From: an uncultured Nitrososphaerota archaeon
GTDB lineage: Archaea > Thermoproteota > EX4484-205 > JAAOZP01
Assembly (NCBI GenBank): GCA_964416155.1
Contig: CAYQCW010000010.1
Span: 1-64,000, forward strand
Direction of reading: 5' to 3'
Length of the DNA stretch: 64,000 nucleotides
Below the pieces are notes generated by a model. The model ran no database searches and was not told where the DNA came from. It saw only the letters and a list, made by a program, of their open reading frames with translations. Position 1 is the stretch's first letter; the number at the start of each line of letters is the position of its first letter. The position numbers and the translations under genes are program-made. Below are positions 48,029-58,201 of this stretch, piece by piece.

Positions 48029-48991
48029 CTAGCCATTTTCCAACTCACCCCTGTTTCCCACCGACGGTATGAGCGCGTTTAAAACTGGTTCAACCCAACT
48101 ATTGTTCGGAATATCGTAAAGTATGAAGTCGCTGTCGAACTGCCAGTATGCCCAGCTCCAACCCTTCTCCTCAGCCAGCCTAGCCACGAAACCCAAGTAT
48201 CTTACCCTGGAAGCCATATCCGCCCTGTCGTATACTCCGAACTCTCCTAGGAAAATAGGCCTGTCATGCTTCTCAGACCATGCTTGAACCTTCTCGAAAT
48301 CACGTATGATTGCCGTCTTCTCCTCCGGGGAGCCCGCCCACCTTACTCCAACCTTGTTCTCGCGGCCAGCCCATTTAGCACCCTGATGCGTGAAATCCAT
48401 AGGCTCATAGTAGTGCACGGTCACAATTATATTCCTGTCTTCCTCCGGGAGAACCAGCTTGTCGAGGCCCGTTATGCTGTTCCAGAGGGCTGGGCCTATT
48501 ATCACAGTCCTATCCGGGTTAGTCCTACGCACCGTTCTAAGAACATCCGTGAGAAGACGGTTCCAGAGCTCAGGCGTAAGCTCCCCGTTAGGCTCGTTTA
48601 GAAGCTCGAAAACCACCCCGTCAGGATAATTACTGTAGATTTTCCCGATTTGATCCCAGAAGGCGAGTAGCCTCCCCATGTTTCCAAACGGATCCCTACC
48701 CATGATTATGAACTCGTGGAAATCGATTATCGGCATCAGCCAGTTGCCTAAAGCCTGTTCAACCGCCCAATCCAAGGTTTCAAGCCATTCCTCCGAAAGC
48801 CGGTTTCCCTCAACCATAGCCGCGTCGCGGAAAGGATGGAGAGCGATGCGTACACTGTTGAAGCCGACACTCGCTATCAGCCTGAAATGTTCACTCCTCA
48901 TCCTTCCCGTAAACCTGTTTTTCCAAACCGGGTCGTAACCAAGTATGTTAACACCCCTGCCAAGCCGCTCATTCTGCTTAAACACATCCAT
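48029..48991 (-). CDS. GH5 endoglucanase/cellulase, cytoplasmic (no signal peptide)
   Basis: Start reassigned near MDVFKQNERLGRGVNI; GFNSVRI, ELLNEP (acid/base), VHYY.P..FTHQGA, LGEFG (nucleophile), WAYW. Confidence 0.9.
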   Translation of the reverse strand: MDVFKQNERLGRGVNILGYDPVWKNRFTGRMRSEHFRLIASVGFNSVRIALHPFRDAAMVEGNRLSEEWLETLDWAVEQALGNWLMPIIDFHEFIIMGRDPFGNMGRLLAFWDQIGKIYSNYPDGVVFELLNEPNGELTPELWNRLLTDVLRTVRRTNPDRTVIIGPALWNSITGLDKLVLPEEDRNIIVTVHYYEPMDFTHQGAKWAGRENKVGVRWAGSPEEKTAIIRDFEKVQAWSEKHDRPIFLGEFGVYDRADMASRVRYLGFVARLAEEKGWSWAYWQFDSDFILYDIPNNSWVEPVLNALIPSVGNRGELENG

Positions 48992-49016
48992 TTTAATCAA
49001 CTCCAGTACCTCATGC

Positions 49017-50753
49017 TCACCACTCAACCTTAAAAGCCCTGTAGGACGAGGGGGACAGGTAGACTTGGAACACTGTTTCACCGTTCCTCTCAAAACCTTT
49101 TAATGCTTCCTCGGAAGTAAGCTCTCGCAGCTTCAAACCCCTACCCTTAACAACAACGTTAACCCTAGAAGGATGAGGCAGGAAAGAATGTAGAATTAAA
49201 GCATCGTTGTCGTAAAGGAAAATGCAGACCCTGCTCGGTCCTTCAAGGCTTATTTTCAGATTCTTCGAGAAGGCTCTTCTAATACTGTTTAAAACCGGGG
49301 GCGGGAGATGGTATAGGTCGCTAAAGTTATCCGGTATTGTAAGAATGTAAAGCGTTCCTCTACCATAGTTCGTGAGCATGAGTAAAGGGTACCCGTTGCC
49401 CCTGCTTAAACATGTAATGACCTCCCAAACATCGTTAGTCGGATATTTGAGATGCGGGATAAGGATTTCCACATCCGAGTGGTAAACGTCTTCGAAAAGA
49501 AAGAAGCCCAGGGAGAAGTCTTTAACAAGTATTTTACCACCGGTATACTCAACCTCGGCGAGCTCCCTTACCACCTTATCCTGCATCGCCCTGAGAAAGC
49601 CGGATGTAATAATAACATCCCCGCCTTTAACAAGATGCTTCTTGATTTTCCCCATTATCCCGCCGTCAAACTCGGCGCATTCGGTTAGGAACACGGTTTC
49701 ACCGGATTCAGGAAAACTTGGAGTCATCTCGATAGGGACTCCTAGCATGCCTATGTAGCTCGGAAGGAAATCCTCGCCGGACGAGTTGAACGGCTTATAG
49801 CTTTTAACACCATAAGGGTTGCCGAGTCTTCCAGCGAGAAAATCCATCTCTTCAAAGACGCTTCCAACTACTGGCGCGAGAATGCTCATAGGAGTTTTCA
49901 CTCCCTCCTTTTTCAAAGACTCAAGCAGGGCACTGTAGCAGAAGAGCGTCACCTCCCTTGCTTTAGCGAAGACCGTCAGCCTTATTTGCTCCGCGTAACG
50001 GTCAAGAGTCCTCCTGGCAAATGGATCAATCCAGCCGCCGCCGTTTAAACCTGGCTTAACATTCTCCAGAAACCTCATTATAGCGTAGCTCTGATACTCC
50101 TGAAGGTGTTGATGAGTATACTCTGAGTCTCTCGTCTCAGTGCCCGTGTAAACCATGTCGAAAAGCCGCGATTCGAAATCGAGACTATAGCCGAGAAACT
50201 GATAATGCTCAAACCAGTTTGGATACTTTATTACCAGCCTAACCTTGGGGTTAACCTCCTTCGCTGTTTTAAAGATGATGGTTTGCGCAACATCCTCCAT
50301 AGTCTTCAAACGGTACTCGGTCCAGTTTCTATCACCCTTGGCTTCAACGCATGCTTCACACTTGCAGCTTGTGAAGAGCCAGTCGTCCAAGATTATCTCG
50401 TCGAATAATTCAGCAGTATACTTGACAATGTGTTCAAGCATTTCCCTGTCACCGGGCTTCGAGTAGCAGAGAGATTGACCGCGCGGACCATTAGTGGCTA
50501 TTCCCCCCGATGTCTCGACACCCTTATCTTTGAAAAACGATTTAACCTTCTGCATTAAGCCTCTATCCACCAGGGTGTCGCTGCCAAAGGCCTCAATGTA
50601 GACCTTGTCAAAGAGAATACTCGTGTTCAAAACCTTGAAACTGTTTTCCAGCCAGGTTGAATCAGCCATATTATTCAAGTCGTGAACCGTGCAGTAGACT
50701 GCAACCTTAAAATTCCCACATTTTCCTCCAACACCCATAAGCTCTTGAAACAC
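49017..50753 (-). CDS. conserved hypothetical protein, possible glycoside-hydrolase-like TIM barrel plus C-terminal domains
   Basis: 578 aa soluble ORF; FDEIILDD..FT.CKC, IKYPNW.EHY, YTGTETRD, GGWID; co-oriented just upstream of GH5. Confidence 0.7.
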   Translation of the reverse strand: MFQELMGVGGKCGNFKVAVYCTVHDLNNMADSTWLENSFKVLNTSILFDKVYIEAFGSDTLVDRGLMQKVKSFFKDKGVETSGGIATNGPRGQSLCYSKPGDREMLEHIVKYTAELFDEIILDDWLFTSCKCEACVEAKGDRNWTEYRLKTMEDVAQTIIFKTAKEVNPKVRLVIKYPNWFEHYQFLGYSLDFESRLFDMVYTGTETRDSEYTHQHLQEYQSYAIMRFLENVKPGLNGGGWIDPFARRTLDRYAEQIRLTVFAKAREVTLFCYSALLESLKKEGVKTPMSILAPVVGSVFEEMDFLAGRLGNPYGVKSYKPFNSSGEDFLPSYIGMLGVPIEMTPSFPESGETVFLTECAEFDGGIMGKIKKHLVKGGDVIITSGFLRAMQDKVVRELAEVEYTGGKILVKDFSLGFFLFEDVYHSDVEILIPHLKYPTNDVWEVITCLSRGNGYPLLMLTNYGRGTLYILTIPDNFSDLYHLPPPVLNSIRRAFSKNLKISLEGPSRVCIFLYDNDALILHSFLPHPSRVNVVVKGRGLKLRELTSEEALKGFERNGETVFQVYLSPSSYRAFKVEW

Positions 50754-50851
50754 TCTTAATACTTATACTTTATTCTTGTTACAAAACTGTCAAAAGGCTT
50801 TAGGGAAAAGCCTTATAAGGATTTTTGACTTAAAGAGGAACAGTAGAAGAA

Positions 50852-52015
50852 GTGGGGGGAAAGCCTTCGTTCAAACACATAGTAACATCGACCCAAATAC
50901 TGCTGGCTCTAATCATAATACTGCCAATAGTCGTAAGCCTATGGTTAGTTCTCACATATCCCCCAGCTTGTTCAAACTGCTTCCCGGAATTGAAGAAGAC
51001 GGAGCAATACTGATCACGGTAGGATAAGAAACGTTTGAAACGTTGATTGTTAAAATCCACTATCCTTCTGAAATAGCTAGGATAATGGAGAATAGGATAT
51101 GGAGCGAGGCCAAAGGCAACTGTTTGACTGCAAAAATAGGGGAAGGCCTCAGGATAGAGTGGCACGACGATGTGGTTACAGCGAGTATGATTAATGGTAC
51201 AGAGCATGTTTTTAACATAAGGGGGTTGAGGAGAAGGTTGGAGCAAATAAAACTGGCTGTAAACAACACTTCTGTAGAGGCAACGATCAATGCTCTAAAC
51301 CTATCCTACTCGAGGCTGAGGAACCTGCCTGAAGATTTTAAGAATAGGGTGATCACGAACATAGAGAACCAGTCTTTCATCAAATGGCTTAGGGAAGAAG
51401 GCTTCACCCACAGTGTTGAAAGCGTTAGACTATGGGGAGCATTAGGAGGATGGGACAGAACTTCGAATGTGGAAATAGAACTGCTGGTTGAGGGAGTTGA
51501 AGCATCATGCAGCCTAATCCTTAATAAAACCTACAAGGTGGCGTCTAATTCTAATGCATCCAGGGAACTGCAGGTATCCCTTGGGAGAGCAATAAGACCA
51601 ATGGATTTTGCATATATGTTTATAAATATGATGATGGATTCATAGTGGCCACAATGGTGGAATCCAAAAATCCGATTACACAGGATATACTCGCAACATG
51701 GGTGAAGCATGGTTAAAGAACAGATCGTCAAACATTTGGATCTCGCCGAACATATACGTAAGAACTTCGATTATCAGTGCGACGAGCGAGCTGGGGCAGA
51801 GGATCATGCAGATATTAAGCAGCAATAGGCTTACAGGTAGGCTTATAGAATCCAGGTGGGAGGTAACCCTAATTATGACTGAGAAGTATCCTTTCGATCA
51901 AACGAGCCGGTACTTCGCATATTTTCACCATGTTGAAAAAGGAATAGTTTTAGATGCGAAGATTAATCCTGACGCCGGAAGGATTGAGAAAATATCTTTC
52001 ATCGCTGAAGAATAA
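50852..52015 (+). pseudogene. disrupted membrane-anchored exported protein
   Basis: TM segment (ILLALIIILPIVVSLWLVL) from GTG at 50852, then a frameshift. TAA at 51025-51027 is in frame with ORF 51043-51645, followed by another break before ORF 51698-52015. Confidence 0.5.
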
Positions 52016-53438
52016 GATTTTTAAAGATTTTCAGCAGAGAAGTTTAGAGATGGCTCTACTTGAGAAGAGGCTTGAAACATACATTTTATTGTCCGGCTTA
52101 CTTTTTACAGCCGTATTCTGCTTTGTAAGCATGAAAGGAGAGTGTGAGCGGATGCAGCTGGCCTACGATTATTGGTTGGAAGAAGCAGTCGCGGAATCCG
52201 AGATGCGTAGAGGAATAAACATTGGAAACGCTTTGGAAGCACCTAGGGAGGGAGACTGGGGGGTTTACATTAGGGACGAGTATTTCAGGATAATAAGGGA
52301 AGCTGGCTTCGACACTGTTCGAATACCAATAAGATGGTCAGCCCACGCTGAGAACAATCCGCCCTATAGGATCGACGAAGACTTTTTCAACAGGGTGGAT
52401 TGGGTTGTGAACAAGTCCCTGGAACAGGATCTCACAACCATAATAAACATTCATCACTACGAGGAGATAATGCAAGACCCCTTGGGTCAAATGGATCGTT
52501 TCATAGCCTTGTGGAGCCAGATATCTGAGCACTATAAGGATTACCCTGAAAAACTTTACTTCGAGCTTCTTAACGAGCCTTACGGCAAGCTGACTGATGA
52601 GAAGTGGAACATGCTTCTCAGGAAGACTGTTGAAATAATAAGAAGGACTAACCCTACTAGAAAAATAATCATAGGTCCAACAGGGTGGAACAGCGTTTAC
52701 AATCTTAAGGGACTGGTTATCCCTGAGGATGAGAACATTATCGTCACCTTCCACTTTTACACTCCCTTCGAATTTACCCATCAAGGGGCGGAATGGGTCA
52801 ACCCCTCTCCAACCGTCGGCAGGAAATGGCTTGGAACCAAGGATGAGAAGAAACAGATTACGGATGAGTTGAACATGGCTGTCGAATGGGCAACTCAGCA
52901 CGGTAACGTTTCCCTCTTCATGGGCGAGTTCGGAGCATACAGTAAAGCAGACATGGGTTCAAGAGTAAGATGGACACATTTCGTCGCGAGAGAGGCGGAG
53001 AAGAGGGGAATAGCCTGGTGCTACTGGGAATTCTGCGCAGGCTTCGGAGCCTACGACCCGGATAAGGGGGAGTGGAGAACAGAGCTTTTAAACGCGTTAA
53101 TCTCTGAGAAGCATTACGTTACTGTGGAGACTGAGTATGGAAACGCTTTTGGCACAGGCTGGTACGACAAGGATACTTACGCACTCATAGGGATTAATGC
53201 TACAAGCTGGGGCTTCTATGTTTTCGACCATTTTGAAGGACTAGGCCCTATGGACAGAATGATAGACGAAAGGACTGTTGAAATCTACGTCGACGGACCC
53301 AGGATGATAAAGGCTGTTTGGAGAATAGACTATGTTAAACCGTTAACAGTAGTCTTAACATGTTTCGCCGCATGTGTAGCAGTAACCCTGTATAAAAAGC
53401 GAGCCTTAAAAGCCTTTCAGAATCAACCCGCCCCGTGA
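51954..53438 (+). CDS. secreted, C-terminally anchored GH5 endoglucanase/cellulase
   Basis: N-terminal TM (start likely near 52050), RGINIGNALEAP.EG.WG, ELLNEP, FTHQGAEW, GEFG, YWEFCAGFG; B-repeat-like module plus TM-KKR tail. Confidence 0.92.
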   Translation: MRRLILTPEGLRKYLSSLKNKIFKDFQQRSLEMALLEKRLETYILLSGLLFTAVFCFVSMKGECERMQLAYDYWLEEAVAESEMRRGINIGNALEAPREGDWGVYIRDEYFRIIREAGFDTVRIPIRWSAHAENNPPYRIDEDFFNRVDWVVNKSLEQDLTTIINIHHYEEIMQDPLGQMDRFIALWSQISEHYKDYPEKLYFELLNEPYGKLTDEKWNMLLRKTVEIIRRTNPTRKIIIGPTGWNSVYNLKGLVIPEDENIIVTFHFYTPFEFTHQGAEWVNPSPTVGRKWLGTKDEKKQITDELNMAVEWATQHGNVSLFMGEFGAYSKADMGSRVRWTHFVAREAEKRGIAWCYWEFCAGFGAYDPDKGEWRTELLNALISEKHYVTVETEYGNAFGTGWYDKDTYALIGINATSWGFYVFDHFEGLGPMDRMIDERTVEIYVDGPRMIKAVWRIDYVKPLTVVLTCFAACVAVTLYKKRALKAFQNQPAP

Positions 53439-53671
53439 CTTAAAATCGAGTATTCACATCCGGATTACGCGGATACTCAATGCAGGATGCCTGGCGTAGA
53501 ACGCCTTGACCCTCGAACAATCGTTATCCGTGGAAACGACTTGCTTGAAGCGATGAGAAGAATAGGCCGGTGTCAACTTTACAAAGAATCGCGTCTCTTT
53601 ATAATGCAACCAACCCGTTCATTCTCGTTTTTCGCTTCACCTGTTCATCATGCTGATTCGCGATCGTTGCT

Positions 53672-55005
53672 TCACCTTCTTGCCGTCCAGAAGGTGCTCC
53701 ATCCGCCGAAATTCCCGCCGCGTTTAGAGTCCCCCGGTAGAAGATCCATATAGTTTTCAGCAACCTTCCTGAATGCTTGAGCATACTCTTCAATGACCTC
53801 AGGCCTATAATGCTTGAACCATGGGACGGTGAACACGCGCTCCTGCACGCTCTCTGAAACCGGGAGACTGCCGGGCGGCTGCCTCACGTCAACACCCGGA
53901 GGAGAATTCGCTATGCGTGTCGGTTTACCCTGGTTGTAGACATCCATCTCGTTGAACAACGGGTGTAAATGCAGCGGGAGGTTGCATCCCGGATAGCAGG
54001 GGGCTCCCTCTGCCCTTACTGCTTCGCAGAACCGGTTAACAGATAGGCCTCCTAACTTCTCCGGATGGTAGATGCCGTGGGGCGTGTACCATCCGCCCTT
54101 GGTTGACCCAGAGTCTTTCGGAGGCCTATTGCTCTTGATTCCGGGGACGTCTTCAAGCAGGTCCCAGAAGTAGTTCATGGCCTTATCTATCTCAGCCATA
54201 AGCGCCGGGTAATGCTTCAGCTGAACACGGCCCACTGCGGAGGTTAACTGGTGCATCCTATACTTGTACCCTCCCCAGGGCAGCCCTGCTCCACGCTTAA
54301 GGTGTTCCAGTGTTAAGGCGAACCCGTGGCGCTCATAATGGCCGAAGGCCACAGCCCTTTCATAAACCCGCCTGTCATTCGTAGTCATCATTCCTCCCTC
54401 GCCGCAGGGCAGGGATTTGCCGGACATCAGTGAGAAGCCTGCAGCATCTCCAAAGGTTCCAACCATTCTACCCTTGTAAAGAGCGCCGTGGGCGTGGGAA
54501 CAATCCTCAACCATCATCAAGCCGTTCCTCTCAGCTATCTTCATTATAGCATCCATATCTGCTGGCATTCCGAGATAGTGGACAACCATGATAGCCTTCT
54601 TGGAGTAATCCAGCGTTCAATATCTTTAGGATCTATGCAGAGCGTTTCAGGATCAATGTCGGCGAAGACAACGGTTCCACCAAGCGAGTAGACCTGTAGG
54701 CAGGAGGCCCAGTAAGTGATGCTTGGACAAATAATCTCGTCTCCCTTCCCTATGCCTATGCCGAACATCGCGCTATGCAGAGCGGCGGTTCCAGTGTTAT
54801 GTGCTAGCGCGTATCCCACGCCCAACCATTGGGCGAACTCCTCCTCGAATCTTTGAGTCACGTCTATGTCTGACATTTTCCCGGCGCGTAGCACTTCTAA
54901 AACAGCATCCTCAATCTCCTGTGTTATAATCGGTCAAGAGAATATGTCTAAATGTTCAGATTCGACAGTCTTCGAACCCCCTAGGAGAGCTAGGTTGCTT
55001 TTCAA
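53672..55005 (-). pseudogene. DegT-family aminotransferase pseudogene
   Basis: TTG at 55005: MKSNLALLGG...IFS*PII (TGA at 54936-54934 where Trp is expected); frameshift near 54595 in ITPR/KAIMVVHYLG; downstream part intact (EDCSHAHG, SLMSGKSL..GEGG). Confidence 0.85.
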
Positions 55006-55086
55006 CCTTTAAACCATCATTACACTGTTTCAGCGGATAGTTAAATATAGCGTGCGCTTAAAAGTCAGGCCGAATGCTTAAATAAC

Positions 55087-56004
55087 TTGCTTCGCAGGGC
55101 GGTAGACATGATCATCGACATTCACGCTCATTGTTCCCCTAGACGAAGCTGGCTTACCTACGATCCTGTTAAAAACCAGTATATACCGTGGATAACAGTG
55201 TCTGAACTCGTTAAGCGGATGGAGGAAGAGGGGATAGACATAACGGTGATTCTCCCACTGCCAAGCCCGGAAAGCTCCATAGAGCCTGTGACCAACCGCG
55301 ATGTTATAGAGTTCAGCAAAAAATATGAAAGCAGGCTAATCCCCTTTTGCAACCCGGATCCAAGGCTGAACGCCGGCTCGGAAAAAAGCCTAAGATTCAT
55401 AATGGAGGAGTATAAAAGCGAAGGATGTAAAGGCGTGGGTGAAATAACTGCCAACATATATTTTGACGACTCGAGGACCTTGAGCCTTTTCAAGGTTTGC
55501 GAAGAATTAGGGCTCCCCGTAATATTCCATATTGGTCCCTACCTAGGTGGTTGCTACGGCCTTGTGGATGAGCCCGGCCTGCCTAGGCTTGAGAAGTGTC
55601 TAAAAACGTTTCCAAGCCTGATATTCATAGGGCACTCTCAACCATTCTGGGCCGAGATATCTGGAGACCTTAAGCCGGAGGATAGGAACAGTTACCCAAC
55701 AGGCAGGGTTGCTCCAGGCGGAAGAATCGCCGACCTATTCAGAAGCTATCAAAACCTTTACGGGGATCTTTCAGCCGGCAGCGGGTATAACGCTATTTCG
55801 AGGGACCCGGAGTTCGGAGTCCAATTCTTGGAGGAGTTTCAAGACCGGTTGATGCTCGGAACAGACTTGGACACGCCGGGTCAAAAAATACCCCAGCTGA
55901 AATATCTGCACAGCTTGAGGGAAGAAGGAAAAATATCTAGGGAAACCCATGATAAAATCATGTATAGAAATGCTGCGAGAGTCTTGAGGCTTGACTTAGA
56001 ATAG
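55087..56004 (+). CDS. amidohydrolase family protein (Amidohydro_2)
   Basis: IIDIHAH (likely start 55108), G.GE, PVIFH, FIGH, GTD, I...NA.R.L. Confidence 0.88.
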   Translation: MLRRAVDMIIDIHAHCSPRRSWLTYDPVKNQYIPWITVSELVKRMEEEGIDITVILPLPSPESSIEPVTNRDVIEFSKKYESRLIPFCNPDPRLNAGSEKSLRFIMEEYKSEGCKGVGEITANIYFDDSRTLSLFKVCEELGLPVIFHIGPYLGGCYGLVDEPGLPRLEKCLKTFPSLIFIGHSQPFWAEISGDLKPEDRNSYPTGRVAPGGRIADLFRSYQNLYGDLSAGSGYNAISRDPEFGVQFLEEFQDRLMLGTDLDTPGQKIPQLKYLHSLREEGKISRETHDKIMYRNAARVLRLDLE

Positions 56005-56064
56005 GCTGTAAGCCCTCACACGGGTTTAAATCACGCCAGCGGAAGCCTCACCATCTCACTATTT

Positions 56065-56385
56065 CTACTCGACGGTAGATAGCGTTGATGATTTCGAGAC
56101 TTCCTCCCCTCCTCGCCAGAAATCTTTGGCTCCCTGTCCTCCAAGATGGCTTAGCGCACGCTCCAAAGGCTTTTTATCGCAGTGTTCTCTCGCCCTGAAC
56201 CATTCTACGGTTGCCCCCCGTAGAAAAAGGCGGCCCAGTCTACCAGTTTCCACCGCCTCCCTTACCTTGAGAACACTGGGGTCAAACCTGCCCTGAAGGT
56301 TTACACCAAGCTTCACACCAACCCTTCTAGCCCACGTGATTTTTAAAAAAAAGCTTGGTTTCTTCAGACCGATATGTGGCTGCAA
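56065..56385 (-). pseudogene. internal relic of a Gfo/Idh/MocA oxidoreductase
   Basis: GVKLGVNLQGRFDPSVLKVREAVETGRLGRL...VEWFR; no Rossmann N-terminus or complete C-terminus. Confidence 0.55.
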
Positions 56386-56386
56386 A

Positions 56387-56665
56387 CTAGAGGGAGGCCT
56401 TCAATTTTTCAAGATACTCCTTTATGAACCTGAGGTTTTCAACCGTCTTTGGGATGAAATTCGCGTATGCTAAGCTTCTCCGATAACCTTCCTCAACACC
56501 TTTTATAATTTCATCAATATTTTCCTTTGTAACGTTTTTCAACTTTTCCTTAAGCATTTCTAAACCTTTTATAGCGTTACTGGCTTCCGAGGAGAACATC
56601 CTGTAAGGTTTCAACTCAGCTATGCATTCGTCTATCTTAGACTCAACCTCAGACATTGAGGTCAC
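56387..56665 (-). CDS. small helical hypothetical protein
   Basis: 92 aa charged amphipathic ORF with a TTTAATA box upstream. Confidence 0.6.
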   Translation of the reverse strand: MTSMSEVESKIDECIAELKPYRMFSSEASNAIKGLEMLKEKLKNVTKENIDEIIKGVEEGYRRSLAYANFIPKTVENLRFIKEYLEKLKASL

Positions 56666-56760
56666 CGTGTGTAAAGCGTTTTTGGAACTATTAAATCTTA
56701 CTTTCGAGAAACAAGTTTAGAGAAACATGCTTCTCATCCACGTTGAAAAAACCGTCAGGT

Positions 56761-56964
56761 TTAATCAAGCGTATTTAGATAGTTCTCCAATTCCAATATG
56801 CGTAGTTTAACCCTGCTTAAGATTTCCCTCAGCTCTTCGAAGTCCCCGCGCGATAAAGCAGTATTCAGACTCTGAACCATCTTGGATAATTCTTCAGCAC
56901 ACTCTATTGACTGCTTAATTCTTCCACACCCTTCTTTTTCAGCTTGACTCGGCTCGTCCAGCAT
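56761..56964 (-). CDS. small coiled-coil hypothetical protein
   Basis: 67 aa, overlaps the stop of the upstream gene. Confidence 0.5.
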   Translation of the reverse strand: MLDEPSQAEKEGCGRIKQSIECAEELSKMVQSLNTALSRGDFEELREILSRVKLRILELENYLNTLD

Positions 56965-57574
56965 TTTTAACCACCTGTAGTGCCACCTTATAAATGTCTT
57001 TCAGGCTAGCCTCCTCGCCCATCATCCCAAAGCCAGCAGCAGCTGAACCATGAAATGCCTCGTCCAAAGCCTTTAGAATAAGCCTGTCGTCCACAGGCTT
57101 CTGCCTACCCATCAGCATGTTTACGATGAGAATAGCCTCCTCGTCGGAAGCTTTATTGAGAAGCCCCGTTAAGCTTTTAACCTTGGAGGCGATGCTGCTC
57201 TTCCCGCTCATCCTGCAAGCCTCAAGCATCCCCAGATAAGCCTGGTCTATGCTCAACCTCTTCTCGAGAAGTATGCTGCTCCTCCTGCTTAAAACATCCT
57301 TCAGTCTTCCGGATTGAACTAATCCTTCAGCCACATCCTGTTTGAGAAGCGTTATTCCGGCCAAGGCTTCTGAAACTATTCTCTTTAACAAGTGTGTCCC
57401 GATAAGCCTTGAAGCCTCTCCGAAATCCATCCTCATTATCCTGAGAAGGGTTTCGAGGCAATTGGCGTCGACCTTTTTAAACAAGGCAGCAATCTCCCAG
57501 ACGGCATCCTGCTCTTCCAACATGCTTAACCGGTTGAGCGCTTCAGCCACATCTCTGAACCCCTTGCCCCCCAT
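56939..57574 (-). CDS. stand-alone DNA-binding (N-terminal) domain of ATP-dependent DNA ligase-like protein
   Basis: F.DVAEAL..L; LSIDQAY...L.....SGKSS...KVKSL.GLLNKAS.EEA..IV....G.....DRLILKALDEAF; no KxDG adenylation motif. Confidence 0.6.
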   Translation of the reverse strand: MGGKGFRDVAEALNRLSMLEEQDAVWEIAALFKKVDANCLETLLRIMRMDFGEASRLIGTHLLKRIVSEALAGITLLKQDVAEGLVQSGRLKDVLSRRSSILLEKRLSIDQAYLGMLEACRMSGKSSIASKVKSLTGLLNKASDEEAILIVNMLMGRQKPVDDRLILKALDEAFHGSAAAGFGMMGEEASLKDIYKVALQVVKNAGRAESS

Positions 57575-57575
57575 A

Positions 57576-58097
57576 TTACTGGAACCCCTCGTACAGGATC
57601 TTCATGCTTCTAGGCGGCGGCGGTCTCCCGCGGGCCGCTGAATCCGAATAACCCAAGGGGGTGAGTGAAACCGCCCTATATCCTCTGGGAGCATTGAGAA
57701 TCTCTTCAACCCGTCTCTCGTCGAAAGCCCCGATCCAGCATGTTGACAACCCTAGGCTTGTGGCCGCCAGCATAAGGTTCTCCATGGATGCGCCAACGTC
57801 CAGAAGACTGTAGAGTTCAACCCCCCTCTTCCCGTAAGCCGAAGCCTCCTCCAGCGAAACCAGGTACACTATCACGATGGGGGCCTGAGATATGAATGTC
57901 TGGTTTAAAGCAGCCTCAGCGATCCGCCTTATTTTATCCTCATCCGTTACGACAACTATCCTGTAGGGATGTATGTCTCCTGCTGAGGGAGCCATGAGAG
58001 CTGCTTCAAGAACCTTGTCGAGGAGCTCCTTAGGAACCGGCTTCTTTAAGAGTGACCTCACGCTCCTCCTTTTCGAAATGCATTCAAACGCGTCCAA
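57576..58097 (-). CDS. nitroreductase family protein
   Basis: RRSVRS, AA..APSAG, ENLMLAA..LGL.TCWIGAF, PLGY. Confidence 0.9.
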   Translation of the reverse strand: MDAFECISKRRSVRSLLKKPVPKELLDKVLEAALMAPSAGDIHPYRIVVVTDEDKIRRIAEAALNQTFISQAPIVIVYLVSLEEASAYGKRGVELYSLLDVGASMENLMLAATSLGLSTCWIGAFDERRVEEILNAPRGYRAVSLTPLGYSDSAARGRPPPPRSMKILYEGFQ

Positions 58098-58201
58098 CGC
58101 TTGAAGAAAACTTTACCGTTGAAGATAAGGTTTTCCATCGACACGCCTACTCCAGTCTAAGAAAAACCCCCTTCTCCCTATTAGTTTAGCCTGTTCTCCG
58201 G

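Noticed and set aside
54934-54936. In-frame TGA as selenocysteine or Trp recoding
   Set aside because: The position corresponds to Trp, the gene has a second lesion, and TGA terminates many normal genes here.
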